Shown: positions 25,936 to 34,493 of the stretch, piece by piece | Layout: each line of letters begins with the position of its first letter | How positions within the stretch are numbered: the first letter of the stretch is position 1 | NCBI GenBank assembly: GCA_041671225.1 | Contig: JBAZBY010000001.1 | Location: 763,454-827,453, forward strand | Reading direction: 5' to 3' | Length of the DNA stretch: 64,000 nucleotides | From: Patescibacteria group bacterium | GTDB taxonomy: Bacteria > Patescibacteriota > Patescibacteriia > JBAZBY01 | The notes under the pieces: generated by a model | Seen by the model: only the letters and a program-made list of their open reading frames with translations | What the model was told of the DNA's origin: nothing | Database searches by the model: none | Made by a program: the position numbers and the translations under genes

Positions 25936-27572
25936 TGAATGGTGTGATCGCGAGAAATACCACCATACAAAATCGCTCAAAACAACAAAGGCTAAGTTCT
26001 GAGCACGTCATTCCTTTTCAGAATGTAAAGGGAGTTGGAGTTGTAAGTTTTTTGCAGTCTTTGAATTTTTTCACTAAGCCAAAGGAGCAAATTTTATTCT
26101 CGATTGGTTGCCATTTGCTAAAAAAAAATAGAAATCCCGCAGTGAGGAAATTTTTAGCAGAGTACGATTATGAAATTCTCGATATCCAAAATATACCCGA
26201 GAATACATTTGATCTTTTGGGTTCGATCTATCAGTTTCTCAACACAAAGAAGGAGAACTTAGAGAAGGGATCATTTTATACTGGCTCTGAAATAGCAAAG
26301 GATTTTGTTAATGATCTGGATTTTTCCTCCGGGCAGATCATTTTTGATCCTGCATGCGGATCTGGTTCATTCCTATTTAATTCCAATGCACCTGCTGAGC
26401 AAATAGTTGGAGTTGACTCTGATCCTATTGCCATCATGATTGCAAAATTTAACTACTTCATTAAGTTTCCCAGATCCCAAGAGCCAAGGCTATTCTGCTA
26501 TGATTTTTTTGATTGGTTTCCCGACAACCGTAAAATAAAATTCGATTATGTTATTAGTAATCCGCCATACGGCGCAAACCTAGATCTGTCTAGAATTCCA
26601 ACTCAATTTGTATCGTCAGGAGAAAGTTTTTCGTATTTCATTGAGTTTGGATATCAACTTCTGAAGAGCGGAGGAGTATTGAGATTTTTATTGCCAGAGG
26701 CAATTTTGAATGTAAAGCGACATACAGATATAAGAGACTTTATACTCGATCAGACTAACTTAAGGAAGATAAAAAGATATTCAAAGAAGTTTTCGGGAGT
26801 AATGTCTGATGTGTATATGATAGAGCTTGATCGTGGCCATGGCCACAAGATGTTATTTATTAATGATGTGACAACAGTCATACCAAAGAAAATATTTAGG
26901 GATTTTAAAAATCACATTCTTGTTCATTTAAATGAACAAGACATAACGATCATCGAGAAGGTGGATCGACTTAAGAGACATGATCTTTCAAATAGTATTT
27001 TTGGGTTAGGAGTGGTGACTGGCGATAATATGTCTAAACTTCTGGACAAGAGAATACCGGGCTCGGAGCCCATCTATACAGGAAAAGAGGTTAATAAGTA
27101 TAAGTTACTCACGCCCAGAAATTATCTGGTTTTTGATAGGGAGAAATTACAGCAGGTTGCTCCTGATGAAATATACAGAGCACCAAAGAAATTAGTGTAC
27201 AAGACAATCAATAAATTTTTGAAGGTTGCTCTCGATACGACGCGATCTCTAACAACAAATAGTGCCAACATAGTGATTCCAAGGGTTCCGGAGTTAGATA
27301 TTTATGTGCTGATGGCATTTTTGAATTCTGACCTTTACTCTTATCTAAATTTAAAGTTATTTGGTGGTGTTAACAAAATCGCAAAAGAAAATCTAATGGC
27401 ATTGCCCTTCCCAGGTATTTCAAAAACAGAGAATACCGTGATTAAAAATCTAGTCAAAGATGCTATCAAGAAAGGAAATGATGAATATCTGCAAAAGTAC
27501 ATTAATAAGAAAATTTTTAAGTTATCTGAACGAGAGATTGCTTATATTAAAGGTTTTGTAACAAAAAAATAA
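25935..27572 (+). CDS. N6-adenine DNA methyltransferase, gamma class (type II R-M)
   Basis: Motif I is IFDPACGSGSFLF and motif IV is VISNPPYG. The C-terminal half is a large target-recognition domain. GC is about 33%. Confidence 0.8.
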   Translation: MNGVIARNTTIQNRSKQQRLSSEHVIPFQNVKGVGVVSFLQSLNFFTKPKEQILFSIGCHLLKKNRNPAVRKFLAEYDYEILDIQNIPENTFDLLGSIYQFLNTKKENLEKGSFYTGSEIAKDFVNDLDFSSGQIIFDPACGSGSFLFNSNAPAEQIVGVDSDPIAIMIAKFNYFIKFPRSQEPRLFCYDFFDWFPDNRKIKFDYVISNPPYGANLDLSRIPTQFVSSGESFSYFIEFGYQLLKSGGVLRFLLPEAILNVKRHTDIRDFILDQTNLRKIKRYSKKFSGVMSDVYMIELDRGHGHKMLFINDVTTVIPKKIFRDFKNHILVHLNEQDITIIEKVDRLKRHDLSNSIFGLGVVTGDNMSKLLDKRIPGSEPIYTGKEVNKYKLLTPRNYLVFDREKLQQVAPDEIYRAPKKLVYKTINKFLKVALDTTRSLTTNSANIVIPRVPELDIYVLMAFLNSDLYSYLNLKLFGGVNKIAKENLMALPFPGISKTENTVIKNLVKDAIKKGNDEYLQKYINKKIFKLSEREIAYIKGFVTKK

Positions 27573-27580
27573 TAATTTTC

Positions 27581-27609
27581 TTGACGCCCCTTCCAGCGGA
27601 GCGTATGGT
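27581..27609 (+). promoter_or_regulatory. sigma70-type promoter with a palindromic operator in the spacer (ACGCCCC-N7-GGAGCGT)
   Basis: TTGACG, a 17-nt spacer, then TATGGT. Near-identical to 28369-28397. Confidence 0.55.
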
Positions 27610-27652
27610 TGTAATATTGTAGGAGTAATTGTTAATATCCAAAGAATTCACC

Positions 27653-27925
27653 ATGAGATGCTACATTCTCACATATGAGAATAAGTCAGGGTTTGATGAG
27701 GCACGATTGATTCAGACGATCAAGGATTATGGAACCTGGGCTCACATAAATGGAAATGCCTGGGCATTTTTAAGTGATAAACCTGCATCTCAGCTTCGTG
27801 ATGAATTTAGGGCCATGGTCAACGAAAGCGATAGCGTTTTTGTTATAAAGACGGGCGTTGAGGCAGCTTGGTCAAATACACACGCTGAATCAAGCTGGTT
27901 ACGCAAATACCTTTTGTATGGTTGA
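27653..27925 (+). CDS. hypothetical small cytoplasmic protein (candidate sensor or regulator of a two-gene module)
   Basis: A 90-aa ORF downstream of the promoter/operator at 27581-27609. It overlaps the next gene by 8 nt. Confidence 0.45.
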   Translation: MRCYILTYENKSGFDEARLIQTIKDYGTWAHINGNAWAFLSDKPASQLRDEFRAMVNESDSVFVIKTGVEAAWSNTHAESSWLRKYLLYG

Positions 27926-28313
27926 GCAAGGAGAAAAAAATCCAGAATCCCAACCACACATTGTCCGGGCATCACTAGACGAAATTGTTGTTTATGATGT
28001 TACAGAGGATGAACTCGACATACTTGAAAATGGTTCACCTAGCTCGCAATACCTGAATTTTGCTTTATTTGCCCTTTCCAGTTTCCTTTCCTTTCTCGCC
28101 GTTTTGCTGACGGTTACAATTGAATTGGACAGAATTTTCATGGTGTTTATTGTGGTTACCATTGTGTCGGGGGCTGCCGGAGCCATTTTTGGAATTCTTT
28201 GGTTTCATAATCGGGTATCAGTAAATAAAATGACCGCTAGAATTCGTAAACGTAAAAGAATACCCGAAGCTCAGGATAGTAGTGGTCAACAGATCAACGT
28301 AACCACTAAATGA
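27918..28313 (+). CDS. hypothetical small membrane protein (2 TM)
   Basis: The ATG at 27918 is in frame with the listed ORF. The TM helices are FALFALSSFLSFLAVLLTV and MVFIVVTIVSGAAGAIFGILWF. Confidence 0.45.
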   Translation: MVEQGEKNPESQPHIVRASLDEIVVYDVTEDELDILENGSPSSQYLNFALFALSSFLSFLAVLLTVTIELDRIFMVFIVVTIVSGAAGAIFGILWFHNRVSVNKMTARIRKRKRIPEAQDSSGQQINVTTK

Positions 28314-28368
28314 TAGGGCTTGTAGCTTCGGAATTCTAAGCCCCTCTGGCACTCTGGAAAAACTTTTC

Positions 28369-28397
28369 TTGACGCCCCTCCTCTCGGGGCGTATGGT
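28369..28397 (+). promoter_or_regulatory. sigma70-type promoter with a perfect palindromic operator (ACGCCCC-N7-GGGGCGT)
   Basis: TTGACG, a 17-nt spacer, then TATGGT. Upstream of the HEPN-like gene. Confidence 0.55.
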
Positions 28398-28439
28398 TGT
28401 GTTTGGATATACATGGAATACAAATTAGTTTGATACTTC

Positions 28440-29708
28440 ATGCCCAGAAAAAGAAGCTCGAAGCGAAAACGTCAACAGGATGAGTTTGATCGATTATCAA
28501 AAGTTTTTGTAAGTAGAATTGTACCAATTTATGACTTATTTTTATTATTCCAAAATGTTAGAGATCAACGGTATAAAAAATTTGATAAAAATTTAAAATC
28601 ATTCCTCAAAAAAAGATACATCACAAGTGAGGGAAAAATAGCAAAACTCCAAATTGAACATCCTCAAGAATTCAGGGCTTTGATTGCAACACAAAAAGAA
28701 CTTAACGAATTAATATTTGCAAGAACACGAATCCCTTCCGCCTTTTTGTCGTTGCTGCTTGAGGAATACGAAACATTTGTTCAAAAATGTTTACAACTTT
28801 ATTTTCAAAAAAAATCTTATCGGCTTTATAGGTCTGATAAAACATTAAGTTATGAGGAAATTCTGAAGGTTAATTCAGCTTTAGGTTTGAAGGAACGAAT
28901 CTTCCAGAAGGAATCAAAGAAAATTATCGATGATGGCGTGAGCGGTATTATCAAGTGGTTTCAGCATGAGGAGATTCAAATACAAAATTACCTCTTTGAT
29001 ATTTGGATGCTAGCTGAAATATTTCAAAGAAGAAATATGCACGTTCACAATCTTGGTAGAGTTGATGAAAAATATATTAGTGTTCTTAAAAATGCAGAAT
29101 TTCCGAATCATTCGAAACTAAAAATAGGTGAGAGATTACCAATCGATTCGGATTATCTGGAAAAAGCTCTCGAGGCTTTTATTGAGAGTGGCATAATAAT
29201 TGCAACCCTACTTTGGATGAAGTGTAGTCCAAAGGATAAAAATAAAAGAATGGAGAATTTATATGAGCTTGGGTACAAATTACTTGAAGAACATAAATAT
29301 GGTTGTTCAGGTAAGGTTCTAAATTTCGCGCAGCATTCGAGTATGACTATTGGTAGCAAAAAGGAACTAAAAATTATTAATATCATAAACCTTGCAACCG
29401 CATATAAATTGTCCGGTGATCGAAAAAAATTTAAATCAACACTATCATTAATTAATAGAACAGAATTAGATGAAAGATTTCAATTTGCTATTGCCGTTCT
29501 TGAGCATAAGTATGTGTTAGCATCTGAATTGATGAAGAAGATTGGAAGAAATGGTTCAATAAGGCGCGATGATTACCATGAGTGGCCACTATTAGCAAAA
29601 TTTAGAAAAACAAAACTTTTTATTAAAACTTACAAAGGTATTTTTGGAGATAATTATAATTTTAAGAGTCCATTTACATCCCGTGTATTTAAAAATATTG
29701 ATCTCTAA
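28440..29708 (+). CDS. HEPN-like (Rx4H) abortive-infection-type protein
   Basis: A 422-aa AT-rich ORF with an RNMHVH (Rx4H) motif, as seen in Abi_2/HEPN proteins. It has its own promoter with the same operator as the upstream module. Confidence 0.45.
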   Translation: MPRKRSSKRKRQQDEFDRLSKVFVSRIVPIYDLFLLFQNVRDQRYKKFDKNLKSFLKKRYITSEGKIAKLQIEHPQEFRALIATQKELNELIFARTRIPSAFLSLLLEEYETFVQKCLQLYFQKKSYRLYRSDKTLSYEEILKVNSALGLKERIFQKESKKIIDDGVSGIIKWFQHEEIQIQNYLFDIWMLAEIFQRRNMHVHNLGRVDEKYISVLKNAEFPNHSKLKIGERLPIDSDYLEKALEAFIESGIIIATLLWMKCSPKDKNKRMENLYELGYKLLEEHKYGCSGKVLNFAQHSSMTIGSKKELKIINIINLATAYKLSGDRKKFKSTLSLINRTELDERFQFAIAVLEHKYVLASELMKKIGRNGSIRRDDYHEWPLLAKFRKTKLFIKTYKGIFGDNYNFKSPFTSRVFKNIDL

Positions 29709-29798
29709 CACGAACTTCATTATTGAGTCTAAATAGACATCCCCACCCCCCCAACAGTAAAGCCCAAAAAGTATCTCCACCCAAAACCCAAAACACAC

Positions 29799-30350
29799 AT
29801 GCACATGCCCCCATACACCATCCGTAAAAGCAGACGCGCACGGCATATGCGCCTGGCAGTGCATTCGGATGGCGCAGTCATCGTCACGCTTCCGTGGTAC
29901 GTTCCGAGCCGCATGGCAGAGCGTTTTGTGCATGCGCACCATGCATGGCTTTCTTCCAAGCTCGCCACATGCAAGAAACAGCAACAACCGCCAATGCCAA
30001 AGCACACCTCTTCCGAGATCCGCACATACACAAAAGCGGCACGAGACCTCGCAGCAGAGCGCATCGCACAGGTGAATCAGCATTACCAGCTTCCCTTTGG
30101 GCGCATTGCCATCCGCAACCAGCGCACGCGGTGGGGGAGCTGCTCAAAGAAAAAGAACATCAACTTCAATTACCGCATCGCGCTGCTGCCTGCAGAGCTT
30201 GCTGACTACATCATTGTCCACGAGCTCTGCCACACCAAGGAATTCAACCATTCCACAAAGTTCTGGGCATTGGTCGCAGAGACCGTGCCGGAGTACAAAA
30301 TACTGCGAAAGCGGCTGCGGGAAGAGCATAGTGTCTATTCGATGATGTAG
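29799..30350 (+). CDS. YgjP/DUF45-family metal-dependent hydrolase (SprT/WLM-like)
   Basis: The zincin-like motif IIVHELCHTKEFNHS (HExxH) is present at a YgjP-like length. Confidence 0.7.
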   Translation: MHMPPYTIRKSRRARHMRLAVHSDGAVIVTLPWYVPSRMAERFVHAHHAWLSSKLATCKKQQQPPMPKHTSSEIRTYTKAARDLAAERIAQVNQHYQLPFGRIAIRNQRTRWGSCSKKKNINFNYRIALLPAELADYIIVHELCHTKEFNHSTKFWALVAETVPEYKILRKRLREEHSVYSMM

Positions 30351-30384
30351 TTTTTCCCCACCCCTCCGCACGGTTGTCACACAG

Positions 30385-30427
30385 CAAAAACACCCCAGTG
30401 ATACCGTCACAGCGGTGTGGTGTTTTT
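30385..30427. terminator. bidirectional rho-independent terminator between convergent genes
   Basis: An A-run, an imperfect long hairpin (AAAAACACC...GGTGTTTTT) and a T-run. Confidence 0.55.
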
Positions 30428-30759
30428 TATGCGGAGAAGATGTTCCGTTCGTTCAACGGAATATGCTGCCCTTTGAGTTCCCGGACGAGGCTGTGGAGCG
30501 CGCGATCCGTACCAACCAGTTCAAGCACGGCAACTTTCACGTCACCGAGCTCTGATTTAATCTCAATGATACCACTTTCCATCCGATCCATCCGGGCGTC
30601 CATCCGATCCATCCGCGTATCTTGTTTTCCCTGGCCACGAACAAGCTGTTCGTTCAGGTCGCGAATCGAGCCACTGAGAACTTCAGTTTGGGCTTCAAAC
30701 TGTGTTTTGAACAGCTCCTTGATGGTGCTGATATCGTTGTGTGTGAGAGACATGTTCAT
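30427..30759 (-). CDS. hypothetical coiled-coil protein
   Basis: A start at MNMSL is preferred. The product contains an RMDRMDARMDRME repeat. Confidence 0.4.
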   Translation of the reverse strand: MNMSLTHNDISTIKELFKTQFEAQTEVLSGSIRDLNEQLVRGQGKQDTRMDRMDARMDRMESGIIEIKSELGDVKVAVLELVGTDRALHSLVRELKGQHIPLNERNIFSA

Positions 30760-30875
30760 AACTCCGTACCGCCGTAAAATGGGAATACAGTATACCCCTT
30801 GCAAAAATACGCTGTCAAAGGTATATATGCACTGCATATCTTTCTGGCAAGCATCTTAGCATTCATCGCATTTTT

Positions 30876-31127
30876 ATGCCCACCCCACACAACGACAACC
30901 AAGAAGAATTCAAAGTCTCCGGTGATGATCTGGTGAAGAAAGTGAAAGAGATCATCAAAGAGGGGAACGCCCGCAGGATCATCATCAAGAATGAGAAAGG
31001 CGAAGAGATATTGCAGATGCCGGTCACGGTCGGCGTGATCGGGACCGTGTTCGCCTTCCCGCTTGCAGCCATTGGCGCCGTTGCCGCGTTGGTCACCAAC
31101 TGTACGTTGGTGGTGATCAAGAAGTAG
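30876..31127 (+). CDS. small hypothetical protein (DUF4342-like)
   Basis: An 83-aa ORF with a glycine/alanine/valine-rich C-terminal hydrophobic segment. Confidence 0.4.
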   Translation: MPTPHNDNQEEFKVSGDDLVKKVKEIIKEGNARRIIIKNEKGEEILQMPVTVGVIGTVFAFPLAAIGAVAALVTNCTLVVIKK

Positions 31128-31171
31128 CAGGCGGACGCGTTTCTCTCCGCAAGCCCATTACTCCCGGGGTG

Positions 31172-31185
31172 TTTTTTGGTATACT
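31172..31185 (+). promoter_or_regulatory. extended -10 promoter TTTTTGGTATACT giving a leaderless transcript
   Basis: The ATG is at 31192. The same TGGTATACT box precedes the genes at 41947, 34494 and 32895 at 6-12 nt. Confidence 0.45.
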
Positions 31186-31191
31186 TCTCGC

Positions 31192-31713
31192 ATGAAACCA
31201 TTCCTCCTTATTATTGATGGCCCAATGGGTTCAGGGAAGACGACCACGGCGGAGATGATGCACAAGAAGTTTCCCCGAACCGCAATACTCGGCCTCGATC
31301 GTATCAAGTGGTCTGTTTCTGGATTCAAGCGCGACACACGGAATAACACCATCATCTATGATGTGGTCTTTGCGATGACCAGCGCATTTCTTGCGCATGG
31401 GGTGAATGTCATCGTGGAACAAGGATTCCGGAAGGGGATGGTTGAACAGTACCAGAAGCGCGGGAAGCAATTGGGCGCACGGACCGTCACGGTACAGCTC
31501 ATCGCGCCACGAAAAGCACTCATCGAACGCGTTGATGCCCGCAGAAAGAAACCGAAGTTTCCCGGACGCACGCAGATCTCACACGCTCGCGTGCTCCGTA
31601 ATTTTCGGAAGCATGCAGCAAAACCGCTGATCAAGGGTCACATTCTTGATACCACAACACTTTCTCCGAAGAAGGTCGTGAAAAAGATCATGCAAATGAT
31701 ATCGAAGCCGTAG
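31192..31713 (+). CDS. P-loop kinase-like protein (AAA_33/zeta-toxin-like fold)
   Basis: Walker A IIDGPMGSGKTT is present. The ATG lies 6 nt after the TGGTATACT -10 box, so the mRNA is leaderless. Confidence 0.6.
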   Translation: MKPFLLIIDGPMGSGKTTTAEMMHKKFPRTAILGLDRIKWSVSGFKRDTRNNTIIYDVVFAMTSAFLAHGVNVIVEQGFRKGMVEQYQKRGKQLGARTVTVQLIAPRKALIERVDARRKKPKFPGRTQISHARVLRNFRKHAAKPLIKGHILDTTTLSPKKVVKKIMQMISKP

Positions 31714-31806
31714 TAGTGATGGTGAGACAGAAGTAGTAGGACAGACAAGGTTGACAATTTCTCTATATTATAATACGATTATAATACTGATTTTTCATAC
31801 ACACCT

Positions 31807-32046
31807 ATGACCCAAAAAGTACTCAAAGTCGGCAGCTCTGCTGCGGTGACCATTCCAAAGGAAGCGTTGGTTGATTTGCAATGGAAAATCGGAGATAGAG
31901 TGACTGTGGAAAAAGACACCAAACGTGGTGGCCTTGTTATCTTGCCGGTACGCAAAGGAAAGATCGATGCAGAAGTGCTTGACTGGACGGATAACTTCAT
32001 CAAAAAGTACCGTCCGGCACTGGAAGCATTGGCAAACAAGAAATGA
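31807..32046 (+). CDS. AbrB/MazE/SpoVT-family antitoxin
   Basis: KVLKVGSSAAVTIPKEALVDLQWKIGDRV is a swapped-hairpin motif. The stop overlaps the start of the next gene (ATGA). Confidence 0.7.
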   Translation: MTQKVLKVGSSAAVTIPKEALVDLQWKIGDRVTVEKDTKRGGLVILPVRKGKIDAEVLDWTDNFIKKYRPALEALANKK

Positions 32047-32426
32047 CGTACCTCGACGGCGAAGAGGTGCTGGTGCTTCATGCCCGCATGATCGAACTGA
32101 TCGGCGGTTCGCATGGCGTTCGCGATGCTGAGCTGTTGAAGTCTATTCTTGAAGCGCCGAAGCAACGTTTTGGCGGCAAGGCATTACATGCAACCGTATG
32201 GGAAAAGGCGGCAGTATATCTGGAACGCTTTGCGCAGTTTCACGTGTTTGTGGATGGCAATAAGCGGACGGCCATTATTGCGACAGCACGGTTCTTGTAT
32301 CTCAACGGCTATACCTATCATGCGACGAATACAGAAACGGAGCGGTTTGTGTTGCGCGTTACTACAGAGAAACTTGATATGAAGGAAATTGCTGCGTGGC
32401 TGAAGAATCACAGTAAGAAGCAATAA
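32043..32426 (+). CDS. doc: Doc (death-on-curing) toxin, Fic/Doc family
   Basis: The Doc motif HVFVDGNKRTA is present. Confidence 0.8.
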   Translation: MTYLDGEEVLVLHARMIELIGGSHGVRDAELLKSILEAPKQRFGGKALHATVWEKAAVYLERFAQFHVFVDGNKRTAIIATARFLYLNGYTYHATNTETERFVLRVTTEKLDMKEIAAWLKNHSKKQ

Positions 32427-32470
32427 TCGTCGGTTCTTGGAGGCGCAAGGATAGAATTTACTATATATGT

Positions 32471-32860
32471 ATGCGCAATCGGGCCGTTGGCATCATCCTG
32501 AATAATGGAAAGCTATTATTACTTCGCCGTGTGAAGCCGGACGAGGAATATTTTGTGCTTCCCGGCGGCGGTATCGAAGAAGGGGAGACTCCGGAACAGG
32601 CGCTGCTGCGCGAACTGCACGATGAGCTTGGTATTGAACCGTCAACGCATGAGAAGGTATTTACGCGCCACACAGATAATGGCGAGGAACACTACTTTCT
32701 CATCACCGCACATGCCGGCACCCCCAACCTTGGCCCGGAGATCCGCGCGCGCATGACAGAAGAGAATCAGTATTTCATCCACTGGGTCGACGTGATGCGG
32801 CTTCCTGCTTCCTTCCAGCCGCGGGAAATACAGGAACGGATCCGAGCATTAAAAATGTAG
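32471..32860 (+). CDS. NUDIX hydrolase
   Basis: The Nudix box is GGGIEEGETPEQALLRELHDELGI. Confidence 0.8.
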   Translation: MRNRAVGIILNNGKLLLLRRVKPDEEYFVLPGGGIEEGETPEQALLRELHDELGIEPSTHEKVFTRHTDNGEEHYFLITAHAGTPNLGPEIRARMTEENQYFIHWVDVMRLPASFQPREIQERIRALKM

Positions 32861-32894
32861 GATCCTTTCTGGTATTATTTGCTATACTTCCCGT

Positions 32895-33470
32895 ATGTCT
32901 GAATCAATATCTCAAGAACACGTGAAGCGCCCGACAGCTTTTACAATCACCACTACCATTGCATTCAGCGTGCTGCCGCTGGTGTTTCTGCTGACCGGCT
33001 ATGCTTCTGGCGTGGCGGTGTTTGCCGCGTTCTGTTATGAAGCTCTGGTGCTCACATTGTTGCAGCCTGTCCGGTTTATCCTTGCCCGGGCGCCGCGGAA
33101 AGAGCCGTTTGTGTGGCTGCTTGGTATGAGTGGGTTCCTTGGGGGAGCGGGGGTATTTGCGAACGAGTTTGCACCGGAGCTCATTCGGGCTATGGTCACC
33201 ACACCCACGATAGTGCTTGGCGTAAGCTTTCTCGTGCAGCATACCGTGGAGCTCGTGATGGCGGTGCGCCGTGGTGAGTTGAAAGATGATGGCGGGAACC
33301 CAACGTTCCGGACGCTGGGGTATCTCTGGCTCCTTGCAATGGTGGTGGTGGTGAGTGTTGCCAGCGGACAGTTTGGGTTGGTTGTGCCGGCGTATAGCAT
33401 CGTGATTGTGAAGATGCTTGCTGATGCGTGGATGCTGGTTGCCCGGTGGCAGCAGGCTGCGCGCGCATGA
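32895..33470 (+). CDS. hypothetical integral membrane protein
   Basis: Four or five predicted TM helices. Confidence 0.45.
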   Translation: MSESISQEHVKRPTAFTITTTIAFSVLPLVFLLTGYASGVAVFAAFCYEALVLTLLQPVRFILARAPRKEPFVWLLGMSGFLGGAGVFANEFAPELIRAMVTTPTIVLGVSFLVQHTVELVMAVRRGELKDDGGNPTFRTLGYLWLLAMVVVVSVASGQFGLVVPAYSIVIVKMLADAWMLVARWQQAARA

Positions 33471-33650
33471 CGTACGCATAACCCCTCACTCATCCTCGGC
33501 AAAATCACCACCCAGCAGGTGAGGCGCGCAGCACGAACTGCACGTCCTTTTGGCATTGACACGGGTGCATATCTTTGAGAGGTTGACCATAGTTCTAGAG
33601 GGGGTCTCATGCCCCTTTTTGTGTGCCGTTCATCCGCGGAGGAGGATATG

Positions 33651-33812
33651 CGCATGTGGTTCTGGATCTTTCTCGTTGCCGGTCTCATCGCCGGCCACTT
33701 TGCTGGCAGCTGGTGGGCTGGCACCGTCATCGGCGGCACTATCGGCGTGGTTATTCAGGTGATCATCACCGAGAGGAAGAAGGCCCGGCCCGGGCGTCGC
33801 CGCCCCCGCTGA
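33651..33812 (+). CDS. small membrane protein (GlsB/YeaQ/YmgE-like)
   Basis: MRMWFWIFLVAGLIAGHFAGSWWAGTVIGGTIGVVIQ is followed by a basic tail. Confidence 0.35.
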   Translation, partial: RMWFWIFLVAGLIAGHFAGSWWAGTVIGGTIGVVIQVIITERKKARPGRRRPR

Positions 33813-33995
33813 AGGAGCAGTGTCTCATCAGGTGGCAGGCAACTCCATGCGGGTTCGCCTGCCACCATCATTACCACCTCGACTTATTAGAAGAAAAGCA
33901 GACGCTTCACCCATCTCTGATTGACAGGTGAATTTTCTTCTGGTAAGACGTAGCTGTTCAAGAATGGTTCGGTTTTGCAACCATGGAGGGGGCGA

Positions 33996-34349
33996 ATGGC
34001 AAGACAAGCGCAGCGTGTGCAGTGTCGGATTTGTGAGGACAAGGACAAGCGGAGTGAAATGCACGTCAATGCAGGGGGGATCGCCGTATGCAAGAAGTGC
34101 CACGGGACCTGCGTGAAGTGCAGGAGGCCCATCCCGCAGGAAGAGCGGCGGAAAAACGGTTTTTTCTGCCAGTCCTGCGTCGGCGGCGCGAAAGATGAAG
34201 CGCGGGCGGCCTATCCGTGCGATCCGCACGTCCACACCGCCATTGATTTCTCCGATCGTTCGCGCAGGGCGCTCCACAGCCCTATCACTGGTCATCCGTA
34301 CAGGCAGCGGGTGTACCTGGAGTCCAGCGACGATGACAACGAGTCCTGA
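33996..34349 (+). CDS. cysteine-rich zinc-finger protein
   Basis: Three CxxC pairs are present (CRIC...CKKC, CVKC...CQSC). Confidence 0.4.
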   Translation: MARQAQRVQCRICEDKDKRSEMHVNAGGIAVCKKCHGTCVKCRRPIPQEERRKNGFFCQSCVGGAKDEARAAYPCDPHVHTAIDFSDRSRRALHSPITGHPYRQRVYLESSDDDNES

Positions 34350-34493
34350 TCATTCCAGACCTTAACCGCGGCAGGTCGGCCCCTTCTGGGACCGACCTGC
34401 CACACCCCTCATTGTCTTTGTGGTGTGTTTTTGCGTATACGAAAATCCTTCTAATGCTCTCCCGATGCAAATTGTTTCTGCTATACTTCTTTT

